Of a stretch of 64,000 nt of DNA, positions 33,280-44,983 are shown one piece after another (within the stretch, counting starts at the first letter, position 1; each line of letters starts with the position of its first letter). A program made the position numbers and the translations under genes. Origin of the DNA: an uncultured delta proteobacterium (GTDB lineage: Bacteria; Myxococcota_A; Polyangia; Polyangiales; Polyangiaceae); assembly GCA_963841435.1 (NCBI GenBank), contig CAWJCS010000006.1, positions 1,280,001 through 1,344,000 of the forward strand, written 5' to 3'. Below the pieces are notes generated by a model. That model had not been told where the DNA came from and ran no database searches. It worked only from the letters and a program-made list of their open reading frames with translations.

Positions 33280-33951
33280 ATGACGCGTCGCCCCGAAACC
33301 CGCACCCAAGCCTTGCACCTGCTCGAAAGCCGAGCGGGCGCCGACCGTATCCAGGACAACGTCATCTACCCGCACGTCGTCGAGACGACGCACCGCGGCG
33401 AGCGCACCTGGGACATTTTCAGCCGCCTCCTGAAGGACCGCATCGTGTTCCTCGGCAGCGGCGTGGACGACGATGTCGCCAACATCCTCATCGCCCAGTT
33501 CTTGTTCCTCGAGAGCGAGGACCCCGATAAGGACATCCAGCTTTACATCAACTCGCCGGGCGGCGTCGTCACGGCGGGCCTGGCCATCTACGACACCATG
33601 CAACACGTTCGGTGCCCCGTGAGCACGATCTGCATCGGTCAGGCCGCCAGCATGGCCGCCGTGCTGCTCGGCGCCGGGCTAAAGGGGCGCCGCTTCGCCC
33701 TCCCGAACGCCCGCATCATGATCCACCAGCCGCTCGGCGGCGCGCGGGGTCAGGCGACTGACATCGAGATCCAGGCCCGCGAGATCCGGCACATCAAGGA
33801 CGTGCTCACCGACATCCTCGTCCACTCCACGGGTAAGGCCAAGGCGGACGTGACCCGGGACATCGACCGCGACTTTTACATGGGCCCCGGTCAGGCGAAG
33901 GAATATGGTTTGATTGACGAGATCTTCGAGCCCAAGAAGAAGGGCGGTTGA
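33280..33951 (+). CDS. clpP: ATP-dependent Clp protease proteolytic subunit
   Basis: [33 protein letters not shown]. Confidence 0.97.
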   Translation: MTRRPETRTQALHLLESRAGADRIQDNVIYPHVVETTHRGERTWDIFSRLLKDRIVFLGSGVDDDVANILIAQFLFLESEDPDKDIQLYINSPGGVVTAGLAIYDTMQHVRCPVSTICIGQAASMAAVLLGAGLKGRRFALPNARIMIHQPLGGARGQATDIEIQAREIRHIKDVLTDILVHSTGKAKADVTRDIDRDFYMGPGQAKEYGLIDEIFEPKKKGG

Positions 33952-34194
33952 GCAGCCCCCCGCGGGTTGTGGGGCCGGTCACCCGGCTGACCCCGGGTGG
34001 TAAGCCTGGATCCGCCCCGTTCGGGGTACCGGTCCCCTTACCCTTCCCGTATGCTGGACGTAAAACTGGGCAGACAAGCCGCTAACGTGCGGGCCAGGTT
34101 CGGAAAAACGTGAGGCCCGGCACGCCGGTGGCTTGCCCGGGACGGGCTGGAGCCATAGAATTTCCCGGGCAGCCCGCCCTGCCGCGAGGACGAA

Positions 34195-35448
34195 GTGGAG
34201 AGAAGGCGCGACGAAAATAACGGTAATCTTTGCTGCTCCTTCTGCGGGAAATCGCAGAAGGAAGTGAAGAAGCTCATCGCGGGCCCCACCGTCTACATTT
34301 GTGACGAGTGCATCGCGCTCTGCAACGACATCATCGCGGAGGAGGTCGAGAAGGACGAGCCCTCTGCGGGCGCCGACCCCACGCCGAAGCCCGCCGAGAT
34401 CAAGTCGATCCTCGACGACTACGTGGTCGGGCAGGACCGCGCCAAGAAGATCCTCGCGGTCGCCGTCCACAATCACTACAAGCGCATCAACTCGAAGATC
34501 GCAACGGACGACGTCGAGCTCGGCAAGAGCAACATCCTTTTGCTCGGCCCCACCGGTAGCGGCAAGACGCTACTTGCTCAGACGCTCGCGAAGATCCTCA
34601 AGGTCCCGTTTGCGATCGCCGACGCGACGACGCTCACCGAGGCCGGCTACGTCGGTGAGGACGTCGAGAACATCATCGTTCAGCTGCTGCAAAACGCCGA
34701 TCACGATGTCGAGCGGGCCCAGCGTGGCATCGTCTACATCGACGAAATCGACAAGATTTCCCGCAAGAGCGACAACCCCTCCATCACGCGCGACGTATCG
34801 GGGGAGGGCGTTCAGCAGGCGCTCCTGAAGATCATCGAGGGCACGATCGCCAACGTGCCGCCCAAGGGTGGGCGCAAGCACCCGCAGCAAGACTTCTTGC
34901 AGGTCGACACGAGCAACATCCTGTTCATCTGTGGCGGCGCCTTCGTCGGTCTCGATGGAATCATCCAGCGCCGCATCGGTCAGAGCCGGCTCGGCTTCGG
35001 TGCCGAGATCAAGGGCAAGGCCGAGCTTCGCCTCGGCGAGCTGCTCTCGCACGTGCAGCCGGAGGATCTGCTCAAGTTCGGCCTCATCCCCGAGTTCATC
35101 GGGCGCCTGCCCGTCATCGCCACGCTCCACGAGCTCAGCGAGGAAGCGCTCATCGACATCCTCACCAAGCCGAAGAACAGCTTGGTGAAGCAGTTTCACA
35201 AGCTCTTCGAGATGGATGGCGTGAAGCTCAAGTTCGCGAAGGGCGCCCTGCAGGCGATCGCTCGTAAGGCCCTGGCGCGCGAGAGCGGAGCGCGCGGTCT
35301 TCGCGCCATCATGGAAGAGGCCATGCTCGACGTCATGTACGACGTGCCGTCGAAGCAGGGCATCAAGGAGGTGGTCGTCAACGAAGAAGCCATCCTCCAG
35401 GGCGATCCGCCCCTCATCGTCTATCACAAGGAAGCCGGCGTCGGCTGA
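34195..35448 (+). CDS. clpX: Clp protease ATP-binding subunit
   Basis: CSFCGK zinc finger, [33 protein letters not shown]. Confidence 0.97.
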   Translation: MERRRDENNGNLCCSFCGKSQKEVKKLIAGPTVYICDECIALCNDIIAEEVEKDEPSAGADPTPKPAEIKSILDDYVVGQDRAKKILAVAVHNHYKRINSKIATDDVELGKSNILLLGPTGSGKTLLAQTLAKILKVPFAIADATTLTEAGYVGEDVENIIVQLLQNADHDVERAQRGIVYIDEIDKISRKSDNPSITRDVSGEGVQQALLKIIEGTIANVPPKGGRKHPQQDFLQVDTSNILFICGGAFVGLDGIIQRRIGQSRLGFGAEIKGKAELRLGELLSHVQPEDLLKFGLIPEFIGRLPVIATLHELSEEALIDILTKPKNSLVKQFHKLFEMDGVKLKFAKGALQAIARKALARESGARGLRAIMEEAMLDVMYDVPSKQGIKEVVVNEEAILQGDPPLIVYHKEAGVG

Positions 35449-35527
35449 GCGGGCGGCAGGCGTCGCGGCCTCGGGCCGTGGCGACGTGTCGCGCGCAGAG
35501 CCGCCCGAGAACGAGCCAAAGGCGAGC

Positions 35528-38029
35528 ATGAGCGACATGTTCTTCCGCAACGATCCCAACGAAAAAGGTGCCGCGCCGCGGCGTACGCTGCCGGCGCTGC
35601 CGCTTCGCGACATCATCGTGTTCCCGCACATGGTGTCGCAGCTCTTCGTGGGGCGCGACAAGAGCATCGCCGCGCTCGACGAGGCGATGAGTCGCGACAA
35701 GGACATCTTCCTCGCCGCCCAGAAGAACGCAAAGACCAACGACCCGACGCCCGACGACATCTACGGCGTCGGCACCATCGGCACGATCGTCCAGCTTTTG
35801 CGCCTCGCCGACGGCACCGTGAAGGTGCTCGTCGAAGGGCGGCAGCGCGCGCGCGTGCGGCGCTACCTCGAGACGAACGACTATTTCCTCGCCGAGATCG
35901 AGGACCTTCCCGAGCGCACCGAGGCTGACGTCGAGGTCGAGGCGCTGATCCGCAGCGTGCAGAGCACCTTCGAGGTCTACGTCAAGCTCAACAAGAAGGT
36001 ACAGCCGGAAGTGCTGATGAGCGTCCAGAGTGTCGAGGACGGCTCGAAGCTCAGCGACACCATCGCCGCGAACCTACCGACCATCAAGCTCGCCGATCGC
36101 CAGGGCCTGCTCGAGATGGACGAGCCGAAGAAGAGACTAGAGCGCCTGTACGAGCTCATGCAGGCCGAGATCGAGATCCTGCAGGTAGAAAAGAAGATCC
36201 GCTCCCGCGTCAAGAAGCAGATGGAGAAGACGCAGAAGGAGTACTACCTGAACGAGCAGATGCAGGCGATCCAGAAGGAGCTCGGGGGCGGGGAGCGGGA
36301 CGAGTTCAAGAACGAGATTCAGGAGATCGAGGAGCAGCTCAAGCAGAAGCGGATGAGCGAGGAGGCGCAGGCCAAGGTGCGAAAGGAGCTGAAGAAGCTC
36401 AAGCTCATGCACCCGACCTCCGCCGAGGCAACCGTCGTCCGCAACTACATCGACTGGATCCTGGCTCTGCCGTGGATGGAGAAGACGGAGGAGCGCTTCG
36501 ATGTCGTCGAGGCCGAGCGCATCCTCGACGAGGACCACTACGGGCTGAAAAAGTGCAAGGAGCGCATCGTCGAGTACCTCGCGGTTCAGGCGCTCACCAA
36601 GCAGCTGCGTGGGCCGATTTTGTGCCTCGTGGGGCCGCCCGGCGTCGGCAAGACGAGCATCGCGAAGAGCATCGCGCGCGCCACGGGCCGCAAATTCGTG
36701 CGCCTCGCGCTCGGCGGCGTGCGTGACGAGGCGGAGATCCGCGGCCACCGGCGCACCTACATCGGCGCGCTACCCGGCAAGATCGTGCAGAGCCTCAAGA
36801 AGGTGGCGACGAACAACCCCGTGTTCTTGCTCGACGAGATCGACAAGATGAGCACGGACTTCCGCGGCGACCCCGCCGCCGCGTTGCTCGAGGTGCTCGA
36901 CCCGGAGCAGAACGCGACCTTCAACGATCACTATCTCGACCTCGACTACGATCTTTCGAGCGTGATGTTCATCACGACGGCGAACACGCTCGGCGGCATC
37001 CCGGTCCCCCTGCAGGACCGGCTCGAGATCATCCAGCTCTCCTCGTACACGGAGTTCGAGAAGCTCAACATCGCACAGCGCTACCTCGTGCCCCGGCAGC
37101 GCACCGAGTGCGGCCTCGGCGAGGCCGACCTCACCTTCACGGAAAGCGCGATCCGCACGATCATTCACCACTACACGCGCGAGGCCGGCGTCCGCTCGCT
37201 CGAGCGCGAAATTGCCAGCGTTTGTCGCAAGGCCGCGCTCAAGGTCGTCAAGGAAGGCAAGGGCCACTCGCTCGACGTGAAGGCCGCCGACGTGCCGAGC
37301 TACCTCGGCGTCCCGCGCCAGCGCATCGGCAAGAAGGACGAGGCCGATCAGGTGGGCCTCACCCACGGCCTCAGCGTGTCGGAGCACGGCGGCGACATTC
37401 TCGATTGCGAGGTGAGCGTCGTTCCCGGCAAGGGCAAGCTCGTCATCACGGGCCTGCTCGAGAAGGGCATGGAGGAGAGCGCCCAGGCCGCGATGAGCTA
37501 CATCCGCTCGCGCGGCGGCGCGCTCCAGCTCGAGCCCGACTTCTATCAGAAGATCGACGTGCACGTGCACTTCCCGGACTTCGTCCGCAAGGACGGGCCG
37601 AGCGCCGGCGTCACCATGGCGACGAGCATCGCGAGCGCGCTCACGCGTCTGCCCGTGCGCAGCGACGTCGCGATGACCGGAGAGATCACGCTGCGCGGGC
37701 GCGTGATGCCCATCGGCGGGCTCAAGGAAAAGCTCTTGGCTGCGCACCGCAACCGCATCACCACCGTGCTGATCCCTCTCGAAAACCGTAAAGATTTGAA
37801 GGAGATCCCGCGGCGCGTGCTCCGGGCCCTGCGCATCGTCCTCGTCTCGCACATGGATGACGTGCTGCGCGAGGCCGTGCGCTTGCCGGACCCGGATCGG
37901 TTGTTCGGCCAGCGCAAGCCCCTCATCGAGTACCGCTTCGGTGAGCTCTTCGAGGGCGATCCTGAGGGTGAGGGTCCCGCGATGCCTCCGGAAGAGCCAC
38001 CTCCGGCGCAGCCGGGCCTGTCGTCTTGA
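35528..38029 (+). CDS. lon: Lon protease
   Basis: [46 protein letters not shown]. Confidence 0.97.
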   Translation: MSDMFFRNDPNEKGAAPRRTLPALPLRDIIVFPHMVSQLFVGRDKSIAALDEAMSRDKDIFLAAQKNAKTNDPTPDDIYGVGTIGTIVQLLRLADGTVKVLVEGRQRARVRRYLETNDYFLAEIEDLPERTEADVEVEALIRSVQSTFEVYVKLNKKVQPEVLMSVQSVEDGSKLSDTIAANLPTIKLADRQGLLEMDEPKKRLERLYELMQAEIEILQVEKKIRSRVKKQMEKTQKEYYLNEQMQAIQKELGGGERDEFKNEIQEIEEQLKQKRMSEEAQAKVRKELKKLKLMHPTSAEATVVRNYIDWILALPWMEKTEERFDVVEAERILDEDHYGLKKCKERIVEYLAVQALTKQLRGPILCLVGPPGVGKTSIAKSIARATGRKFVRLALGGVRDEAEIRGHRRTYIGALPGKIVQSLKKVATNNPVFLLDEIDKMSTDFRGDPAAALLEVLDPEQNATFNDHYLDLDYDLSSVMFITTANTLGGIPVPLQDRLEIIQLSSYTEFEKLNIAQRYLVPRQRTECGLGEADLTFTESAIRTIIHHYTREAGVRSLEREIASVCRKAALKVVKEGKGHSLDVKAADVPSYLGVPRQRIGKKDEADQVGLTHGLSVSEHGGDILDCEVSVVPGKGKLVITGLLEKGMEESAQAAMSYIRSRGGALQLEPDFYQKIDVHVHFPDFVRKDGPSAGVTMATSIASALTRLPVRSDVAMTGEITLRGRVMPIGGLKEKLLAAHRNRITTVLIPLENRKDLKEIPRRVLRALRIVLVSHMDDVLREAVRLPDPDRLFGQRKPLIEYRFGELFEGDPEGEGPAMPPEEPPPAQPGLSS

Positions 38030-38068
38030 CCTCGGGCCGGGCGCGCAGCGTCCGGCAGCCACGCCCTG

Positions 38069-38448
38069 GTGTGGGCGAGCGCGTTCTCGGTCGTGCTCGC
38101 CGCGATGGCGTCGTGCGACGGCGGACCGCGCGGCGACGACGATGACGACGCGCCCGGCGGCGAGACGAGCACGGGTGGTGCGGTCCGTGGATGCCCTGTG
38201 CGAATCCGCGCGCGCCGCAGTCGCCCGGAGTGAGCGGCACCCTCAACACCACGAATGCCGTCTGCTTCTTCATAGACGAGACCATCAACGGCTGGGGCTG
38301 CTCGAGCTTTGGGGCTCGCACGGTGTCCGCCAACGGAACGCGCATGACATGCGGTCAGGTCCCGATGCCCGCCAAGGTGGACGGGGGCTACTACTTCGAA
38401 GTCAGCGAAGGAGAGCCGAGCTACGCGTCTTTCTACTGGTGGCAATAG
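38069..38448 (+). CDS. Probable small lipoprotein with C-terminal aromatic/Cys-rich (CBM-like) domain; possible frameshift near 38182
   Basis: One frame gives VVLAAMASC + DDDDD linker. The adjacent frame (38191-38448) gives AVCF..INGWGCS..DGGYYF..YASFYWW. Confidence 0.5.
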
Positions 38449-38555
38449 CCGCGACGACGGCTGCGGCGCGCCCGCGACGTGCCCCATCTCACGACCATGA
38501 GGACGTCGCGCGGGCAGGCGATGGTATCGCCGTCGCTCACGGGAAGGCCCGCGCG

Positions 38556-38906
38556 TCACCCGAACGTATCGCCGTCATATCCCCAGAGGTGGCCCTGGGC
38601 GTCGGCAAACTCGATGTAGATGCGCCCGCCCGGCACACCGAGCGCCTTCGACAAGCGCGTGCAGATTTCCCCCGAAAGCTTCTTGGCGAGCTCGGGCGAG
38701 AAGCGCCCGACGTTCTTTACCTCGACGTAGGCAGACGGCTCGCTGCTCCCGGCGAACGTCATCGCGGCAACGGGCTCGAACGCCGTCATGACGTACGACT
38801 CCGGCTTCCGGAGCTCTTTCGCGAGCAGCTTCGACAGGTCGGCGAGCAACGAGCCGCGGGCCTCGTCCTTCGGGCTGACGGATGACGTGATCTTCACGAG
38901 GGGCAT
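38556..38906 (-). CDS. MIF/phenylpyruvate tautomerase family protein
   Basis: N-terminal Pro (MPLVKI), KPESYVM, RIYIEF, WGYDGDTF. Confidence 0.88.
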   Translation of the reverse strand: MPLVKITSSVSPKDEARGSLLADLSKLLAKELRKPESYVMTAFEPVAAMTFAGSSEPSAYVEVKNVGRFSPELAKKLSGEICTRLSKALGVPGGRIYIEFADAQGHLWGYDGDTFG

Positions 38907-39023
38907 GAGGCTGTTCTCTCCGCGCCGCGCGAATGCGGCGCCTTCGGTGCCCCGAGGCTAACCAATCCGCGCCTCAGCGGTCACGCCGCGGGCGCCAGGG
39001 CCGCAGGGAGGTGGTCGGTCGAG

Positions 39024-40868
39024 CTAGCTTCCCGTTTCGCGGCGAACGAGGACCGCGGGGTCGCGCGGATCCGGACGCCGTGTCGCCCGCTCGAAGGACG
39101 CGGCGACTCCCGTGGCCACGTCAACCAACGAGAAGCTCGGCGCGAGCTGGATCGCCCCGATATCGGTGCCTCGGATATTGCCGCGCCGGCAGAGCATCGG
39201 CAGGAGGCGGCGCGCATCGGCGCCCTGGGCTTCGCCCCAGGAGACGCGAAAGCGGACCCAGCCGTCGCTGGTGTCGCGTGCTGGCTCGCGGCCTTCAGTT
39301 GTGTGGGACCCGGCGGTCGGTCGAGCACCGCGTAGCCGCTCATGAGCGCGGTCGTTGCGGGGCTGGGGGATCGGGCGAGCGCTGCGTGCCGCGTCGCGCG
39401 GATGAGCGCTGCGTGCCGCGTCGCGCGGATGAGCGTTGCGTGCCGCGCTGCGCGGATGGGCGTTGCGCTCGATCCAGGGCTTTGCCCCCTTTTTCCCGGC
39501 TGGGGGCGGCTCGAAGCGGGTGATCTCGCGCGGCTCGGTGACCGTCGTGCGCTGCGTTCGCTCGATGAGCTGCGCGAGCGCCCGTTCCGCCCGGCCGGCG
39601 GCAACGAGCTCCTTTGCCAGACGGAGCGCTCGCGTCTCCACCGCGCGCTCGCTGTCTGCGAGCACGCCGTCGGCACTCGGTTCCCCGCCGAGCTCGGCGA
39701 GCAACCGGTCGTCCTCGGCTCGGGCGATCTGCTCGGCTGAGGGGATCGGCTCGAAGCGGTGCTGCACGCCCGCCCGCTTGAGGAGCGCTGACAGCCGGGG
39801 CATCCCGGCCGGCTGCACCATGATGGAGCTCTTGCCCTTCTGGCCGGCGCGGCCCGTGCGCCCACTCCTGTGCGTGTACGTGTCGGCGTCGTTCGGCGGC
39901 TCGAGCTGAACGACGCGCGCGATGGCCCGATGGTCGATGCCGCGCGCCGCGACGTCGGTGGCGACGAGAACTTGCATTTTGCCCTGCTTGAAGGCGGAAA
40001 GCGCGCGGTGGCGCGCGTCTTGATCCATCTCGCCCGAGAGCGCCCCGACGGCAAAACCAGCAGCATCGAGCTCGTCGCACACGCGCGCTACGTCGGCCCG
40101 CGTGCGGGCGAAGGCGAGCACCTGCTCGGTCGGCGCCGCGAGCAGCAGGTTCACGAGCGCGCTGACGCGCTCGTTGGGCTTCACGAGGTGGACGACGTGG
40201 TCGATGTCGGAGTTGGCGGAGCCGAGCGGCGTCCCCTGAACGTACGCGGGGTTTTCTTGTACGCGCTGCGCGAGCGCCTCGACGTCGCGTGGGAACGTTG
40301 CGGAGACGAGGTGCGTCCGATGACCTGCCGGAGAAAGCGCGAGAATCGCTTCGAGGTCTTCGCGAAAGCCGAGGTCGAGCATGCGATCGGCTTCGTCGAG
40401 CACGATGGCCCCCGCGCGCCCGAGGTCGATGGCACCCCGGCGCAGATGATCGAGCAGCCGGCCCGGCGTTCCGACCACGATGCCGGGCCCGCGCGAAAGA
40501 ACGCGATACTCGTCCCGGACGCTCGAGCCTCCCGTCACCGACGCGACGAGCACGCGGCTATTCGCATAGAGCCAGGCAAGCTCGCCCTCGACCTGCTTGG
40601 CAAGCTCACGCGTTGGAGCCACGACCAAGGCGAGGGGGCGCGCGATGCCGTCCTTCGGCTTTGGCACCGCCTCGACGGCGTGGCGAACGGCGAACCCGAT
40701 CGCGAGGGTCTTGCCCGAGCCGGTCTGCGAGCTGATGCGAAGGTCACGCCCGGCGAGCGCCGGATCGAGCACTGCCTCCTGCACGGTCGTGAGGGTCGCG
40801 TACCCTCTGTCGGCGAGGGCGCGTGATAGCTCGGGACCGAGAACCTCGAAGGGGTCGAAAGGCAACAT
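39024..40868 (-). CDS. DEAD-box RNA helicase with C-terminal DbpA-like domain
   Basis: QTGSGKT, APTRELA, GTPGR, DEAD, SAT, ATDVAARGID, HRSGRTGRAG. Confidence 0.95.
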   Translation of the reverse strand: MLPFDPFEVLGPELSRALADRGYATLTTVQEAVLDPALAGRDLRISSQTGSGKTLAIGFAVRHAVEAVPKPKDGIARPLALVVAPTRELAKQVEGELAWLYANSRVLVASVTGGSSVRDEYRVLSRGPGIVVGTPGRLLDHLRRGAIDLGRAGAIVLDEADRMLDLGFREDLEAILALSPAGHRTHLVSATFPRDVEALAQRVQENPAYVQGTPLGSANSDIDHVVHLVKPNERVSALVNLLLAAPTEQVLAFARTRADVARVCDELDAAGFAVGALSGEMDQDARHRALSAFKQGKMQVLVATDVAARGIDHRAIARVVQLEPPNDADTYTHRSGRTGRAGQKGKSSIMVQPAGMPRLSALLKRAGVQHRFEPIPSAEQIARAEDDRLLAELGGEPSADGVLADSERAVETRALRLAKELVAAGRAERALAQLIERTQRTTVTEPREITRFEPPPAGKKGAKPWIERNAHPRSAARNAHPRDAARSAHPRDAARSARPIPQPRNDRAHERLRGARPTAGSHTTEGREPARDTSDGWVRFRVSWGEAQGADARRLLPMLCRRGNIRGTDIGAIQLAPSFSLVDVATGVAASFERATRRPDPRDPAVLVRRETGS

Positions 40869-40942
40869 GGGGGCCGGCCCCTATATCATCTGCTGCGAGA
40901 ATCGCCCGTCGGGGGCGCGAAGCGCGCAGAAACGGCCCGAGG

Positions 40943-41200
40943 CTAGTGACCGCAGGGCTTCTCGCTCGCCGCGTCGCCGATGACCCGGGCGAGCGCATCC
41001 CTCATGGATGCATCGTCGTCGAAGACCTGCAGGTCGTCGTCCATCACGTCGCTCACCCGGCCCATGAGCTCGTCCAGAGCATCTTCGTCGTCCGGATCGA
41101 CCTCCCCCAAATCCCAAGTCGCCCCGCAGGTCTCGCACTGCCCGAGCGCCTCTAGCCTCACGGCAAGGGTGGTCGCTGCTTCCGTCTGAACGTCCGCCAT
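40943..41200 (-). CDS. Small acidic hypothetical protein with CxxC
   Basis: MADVQTE...CETC...; coding-like composition only from Met 41200. Confidence 0.55.
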   Translation of the reverse strand: MADVQTEAATTLAVRLEALGQCETCGATWDLGEVDPDDEDALDELMGRVSDVMDDDLQVFDDDASMRDALARVIGDAASEKPCGH

Positions 41201-41502
41201 GCGGGTGCGACTCCCCCGGGTGCGCGGCGCTGTCAAATGGAGCCCGGTCGGGAGCCGAGAAAGGCGGACGAACGTGCCTGTCTGACCCGCGGGTCCACCG
41301 CCGCGACCGGTGTCTTTCGAGAAATCGATCGACGCGGTGGCAAGCTCCGCCGGTTGCTCGAGAAACGAAACCTGCGCGAAGGTCGGAGAGCGCGCCATGT
41401 CTACATGCGCGATTGGCGCGAGCTCATGTCGGGATCTCGCCCCGAAATGCTGCTGCCGCCGCGCCGCGTTGTAAGCGCCCGGCGGCGAGGTATGCTTTGG
41501 GA

Positions 41503-43554
41503 ATGGTGGAAGATGGGAGATGGGCGGCAGGTTCGAGCCGTTGGGCGTGGATTTCGCTGGTCCTCGTCGCCACGGGCTGCGTGGACCCGCTGGATGTCGT
41601 CGGGGTGGAGGAGACCGTCACGCAGACACAGAAGAACGACCCGCTCGCCGACGACCGGCTCGACGACAAGCACCCCGCTTACGACGCGTTGAGAACGGTC
41701 GAGGAAGATTTCGAGGGCTGCGGGGTCACGTTGAACAAGAGCGCGAGCGTCACGCGCCTCACGCTGCAATCGAACGGCGCCAGCGATAACGCGCTGCGAG
41801 GCAAGATCTTTCCGAATCGCGACGCCGCGCGCGCCGCGCTCGGGGGCGCCCCCACGCTTCCGACCATCGAAGTCGTCAACGGTGCGCTGAAGCCGTTCAA
41901 CGACGGTCTCTATGCTGCCGTGGAGCTCGCCGCCGAACGCGGTGACGCCGCGACCGTCAACAAGCAGGCCCTCTTCACCGCCTTGCTGACGGAGCTCCTC
42001 GCGCGCTCGCAAAATGGGAGCCAGGCCGAGAAGCCGCAGGCGCTCGCCGCAGCGAAGCACGTTGCGACGGCGCTCACACTCTCGGGAGACCTCGCGAGCG
42101 CTCCGGCGGATGTCGCTGCCGACGCCGACGAAGCCGCGACACGCTTCCGCGCGGCTGGCATCTTTGCCAAACCCATCGGGTTTTACACGTGGACCCCCGA
42201 GCTCGAAACCATCTTCACGCGCGATCGCTGGCTCCAGAGCCGTTACATCCCCGGTGCCACGGTCACTGACCCGCCGTTTGGCGGCCTCGCCGAGCTCGGG
42301 CTCGTCGTCGGAACGCCAGGGGCGCTTTCCGACGCGTACCGCAAGACGCTCGAGCTCTACGCTGGGCTCACCGATCCCTTCTTCGACAGAACGCCCTTCG
42401 ATCTCTCGCCGTTCGTGCCCGACGCGGCGGCGCTCGCGGATCTATCGAACGTGGAGCAACGCTTCGCCGACACCTTGCCGGTCGACTACCCGGGGTATCC
42501 CTTCTGCAATCCCGGTGTTGCCGCCATGCCTGCCTCGGAGAGCGCGGAAAATCGCATGATGCGAAGGCTCCTGTGTGGCGAAATGTTGATCGACGGTGAG
42601 ACCCTCATCGACGGCCTCATCCGCACCATCCAGAGCGGCGAGCTCGATCTCACGCCGCGTGAGGACTCCGGCTTTTACGACCAACAGCTCTTCGTGCTCG
42701 AAACACTGCTCGTTCCCGACAAGGCAAGCGAGTCGCAGCACCTCTTGCTCACCCGGGCGTACAAGGAAAAGCTGGTCGAGACGTTCAAGTCGCTCCTCAT
42801 CCAGTCCCGCGAGACGCACGCGAAGCAGGTGGCGATCGTCAACGCGGTCTCTTTGTCGTACCAGCCGCCACCCACCGAGTTCACGATTTACCCGAAGCTC
42901 GTCGTCGAGCCGTTCCCGACGTTTTACCTGCGCACGGCGCGTGCGTACCGCTTTCTCCAGGGCGTGCTCGACGCTGCGCTCGGGACGGACTTTGCGAAGA
43001 CGACGGCACGGCTCATCGAGGACGGCACCCGCAGCGACCTCTCGATCGGCGAGGAGCTGGCCGAAAAGGAGCAGCTGCTCTACGGGCTCCACGCGCTCGC
43101 GGCCGACTCGATCGGCATGGCGCCCGAGCTCGGTGCCGACGAGCTCGCCGATTTCCCGCTGGATGCCGCGCGCACGGCCGCGAACGCCTGGCTCGTGCAC
43201 GTGGCGAGCGATTCCGACGTTGGACGCGACCCGCGCGTGAGCCTGCCGGTCGCGCTCGAGACGGATGCCGAAACCAACGTTGACTACGCGATTTACTGGA
43301 TCGTAGCCGGGGTGAAGATCATCCACCTCCACGCAAGTTTCTCGGATGCGCGGCGGCCGGAGGTCGTAAAAGTGCCGCCCAACTGTATTCACAAGGGCTG
43401 GTCTGCGTTCGAGCCGTACATGTTGGTGGAGCAAACGATCCAAGCGCGCCGCCGCGCTGACCTGCCGCCGCTCACGCGCGGAGAGCTGCGCGCCCTGTGC
43501 GACGAGCACGACGACGCCGAGTCCATCAAGGCGGCCTTCGAGACGGCCCCGTGA
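41503..43554 (+). CDS. Large hypothetical lipoprotein (distantly DUF3160-like)
   Basis: Lipobox ATGC, PIGFYTW, RETHAKQ...VEPFPTFY. TTGTAA-16-TATGCT promoter-like sequence upstream. Confidence 0.7.
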   Translation: MVEDGRWAAGSSRWAWISLVLVATGCVDPLDVVGVEETVTQTQKNDPLADDRLDDKHPAYDALRTVEEDFEGCGVTLNKSASVTRLTLQSNGASDNALRGKIFPNRDAARAALGGAPTLPTIEVVNGALKPFNDGLYAAVELAAERGDAATVNKQALFTALLTELLARSQNGSQAEKPQALAAAKHVATALTLSGDLASAPADVAADADEAATRFRAAGIFAKPIGFYTWTPELETIFTRDRWLQSRYIPGATVTDPPFGGLAELGLVVGTPGALSDAYRKTLELYAGLTDPFFDRTPFDLSPFVPDAAALADLSNVEQRFADTLPVDYPGYPFCNPGVAAMPASESAENRMMRRLLCGEMLIDGETLIDGLIRTIQSGELDLTPREDSGFYDQQLFVLETLLVPDKASESQHLLLTRAYKEKLVETFKSLLIQSRETHAKQVAIVNAVSLSYQPPPTEFTIYPKLVVEPFPTFYLRTARAYRFLQGVLDAALGTDFAKTTARLIEDGTRSDLSIGEELAEKEQLLYGLHALAADSIGMAPELGADELADFPLDAARTAANAWLVHVASDSDVGRDPRVSLPVALETDAETNVDYAIYWIVAGVKIIHLHASFSDARRPEVVKVPPNCIHKGWSAFEPYMLVEQTIQARRRADLPPLTRGELRALCDEHDDAESIKAAFETAP

Positions 43555-44222
43555 GTCGCTCGCTCCCCGCGCGGGCGGCATTTTGCGGCCTGCTGGGCGG
43601 CGGCTGCTCCTTCGGATCGTTCCAGACGGCGCACACGCAAGCACCCGCAACCGTCAGCGTCACCGCCGGCGCGACCAACGTGATGAACGCCATCGACGAC
43701 CAGGCCGGGCGTGATCTGAGCACGAACGTCGGCGGCCAGCTCGGGGTGCGCGTCGGCGTTGCAGACCGTGTCGACGTGGGCCTCGGCAGCTTCTTCCAGA
43801 CCGGAGGGCGCGCGGACGCCAAGATCAACGTGCTCGACCCGCGCGGCCGAGTCGCCATCGCGCCCCGCCTCGGCGTCGGTTACCAGTGGGCGCACCAGAT
43901 CTATATGCTCGAAGGGGGCGCCATCGCCAGTGTCCGCGCCCAAGAGTGGCTCGAACCGTACCTCGGGCTCTCCTTCGCCAACCACTGGATCGAGAGCTAC
44001 GAGGCACTGGAGCCGCTTCCTCAGAATGCCGTCGGCAAGAGCGGCAGCGGTGACGGCTTGCTCCAGCTCTCGCTCGGGGTCGAGCTCGCCGCCTCGCGCT
44101 ACTTCGCGGTGCTCGCCGAATACGGCCACTGGTTCGTGCTCAACGACGACCCGGGCGATCACTTCCGCTTCGTCGCGACGAACATCCTCGGGATCGCAGT
44201 GAGGGTGGGGCGGGTGCAGTAG
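43551..44222 (+). CDS. Hypothetical lipoprotein, beta-strand-rich
   Basis: GGGC lipobox-like, FQTA motif, alternating beta pattern, GTGA overlap with the upstream gene. Confidence 0.65.
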   Translation: MSRSLPARAAFCGLLGGGCSFGSFQTAHTQAPATVSVTAGATNVMNAIDDQAGRDLSTNVGGQLGVRVGVADRVDVGLGSFFQTGGRADAKINVLDPRGRVAIAPRLGVGYQWAHQIYMLEGGAIASVRAQEWLEPYLGLSFANHWIESYEALEPLPQNAVGKSGSGDGLLQLSLGVELAASRYFAVLAEYGHWFVLNDDPGDHFRFVATNILGIAVRVGRVQ

Positions 44223-44257
44223 CGGCGCGCGGGAAGCCGCTCGGCATCTCGCCTGGG

Positions 44258-44329
44258 TGGGCAGGACAGGTTTCGAACCTGCGACATCCGGCTTGTAAGG
44301 CCAGCGCTCTACCGCTGAGCTACCTGCCC
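44258..44329 (-). tRNA. tRNA-Val(TAC)
   Basis: Reverse complement GGGCAGGTAGCTCAGCGGTAGAGCGCTGGCCTTACAAGCCGGATGTCGCAGGTTCGAAACCTGTCCTGCCCA. Confidence 0.97.
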
Positions 44330-44416
44330 GAAAAGGGGACGCTGGAGGCTAGCAGCCCGCGAGGGCGTCGTCGCGTCCGTCGTAACGTCATCGCGAGCAG
44401 AGGGCCGCAAGCCGCG

Positions 44417-44662
44417 CTAGCGCGGTTTGCCGACGTCCTGTTGCTCGCGGTCGATCTCGTCGAGGACGGCGCGTGGATCGCGCCGTTTGCGGCGACCATC
44501 GGCGAGGGCTACGACGAAGAGGACGATGGCCGCGACTCCAAAGGAGAACGCCCAGGCTGCGCCGAGCGTCCCGGCCACCATGCAGAAAAAAAGCGCGCCG
44601 CCCGCGAGGCCGAGCAGGCCGCTCCGCTTTCCGTGCGGCCCTGGCATGATGTGCGAGCGCAT
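44417..44662 (-). CDS. Small membrane protein
   Basis: Two hydrophobic segments. Confidence 0.5.
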   Translation of the reverse strand: MRSHIMPGPHGKRSGLLGLAGGALFFCMVAGTLGAAWAFSFGVAAIVLFVVALADGRRKRRDPRAVLDEIDREQQDVGKPR

Positions 44663-44683
44663 GGCGGGATTCTACCCCACTGG

Positions 44684-44893
44684 CTACCGCTGGTTTCGGC
44701 GTGCCTGGATCAAGCGGAAGATGGCCATGCTGCACGTCAGGACGCCGAGGACGAGCAAGCTCATCGGCACCACGCGGGGGACCCGCGCTGCGAGCAGGAA
44801 ACCAAAGACGGCGAGCACGAGCATTACCTGTCCGATTCGGAGCAGGGTGCGCATGGAACGGATGAGCTCTTCGGGGGCTTCGGGGTCGGCCAC
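44684..44893 (-). CDS. Small membrane protein
   Basis: Two hydrophobic segments, GAGGAGG upstream. Confidence 0.55.
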   Translation of the reverse strand: MADPEAPEELIRSMRTLLRIGQVMLVLAVFGFLLAARVPRVVPMSLLVLGVLTCSMAIFRLIQARRNQR

Positions 44894-44983
44894 GGGGCGA
44901 CTCTACCTCCTCCTCGGCGGTCTGGGGGCCGTGACGCGGCGGGTCGGGGGCCCTAGGTTCCAGAGCGTGGCAGAGGACGCGGC

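Noticed and set aside
19584..44329. Genomic island or prophage between or at the tRNAs
   Set aside because: No integrase or duplicated tRNA 3' end was seen, and the interval holds core genes.
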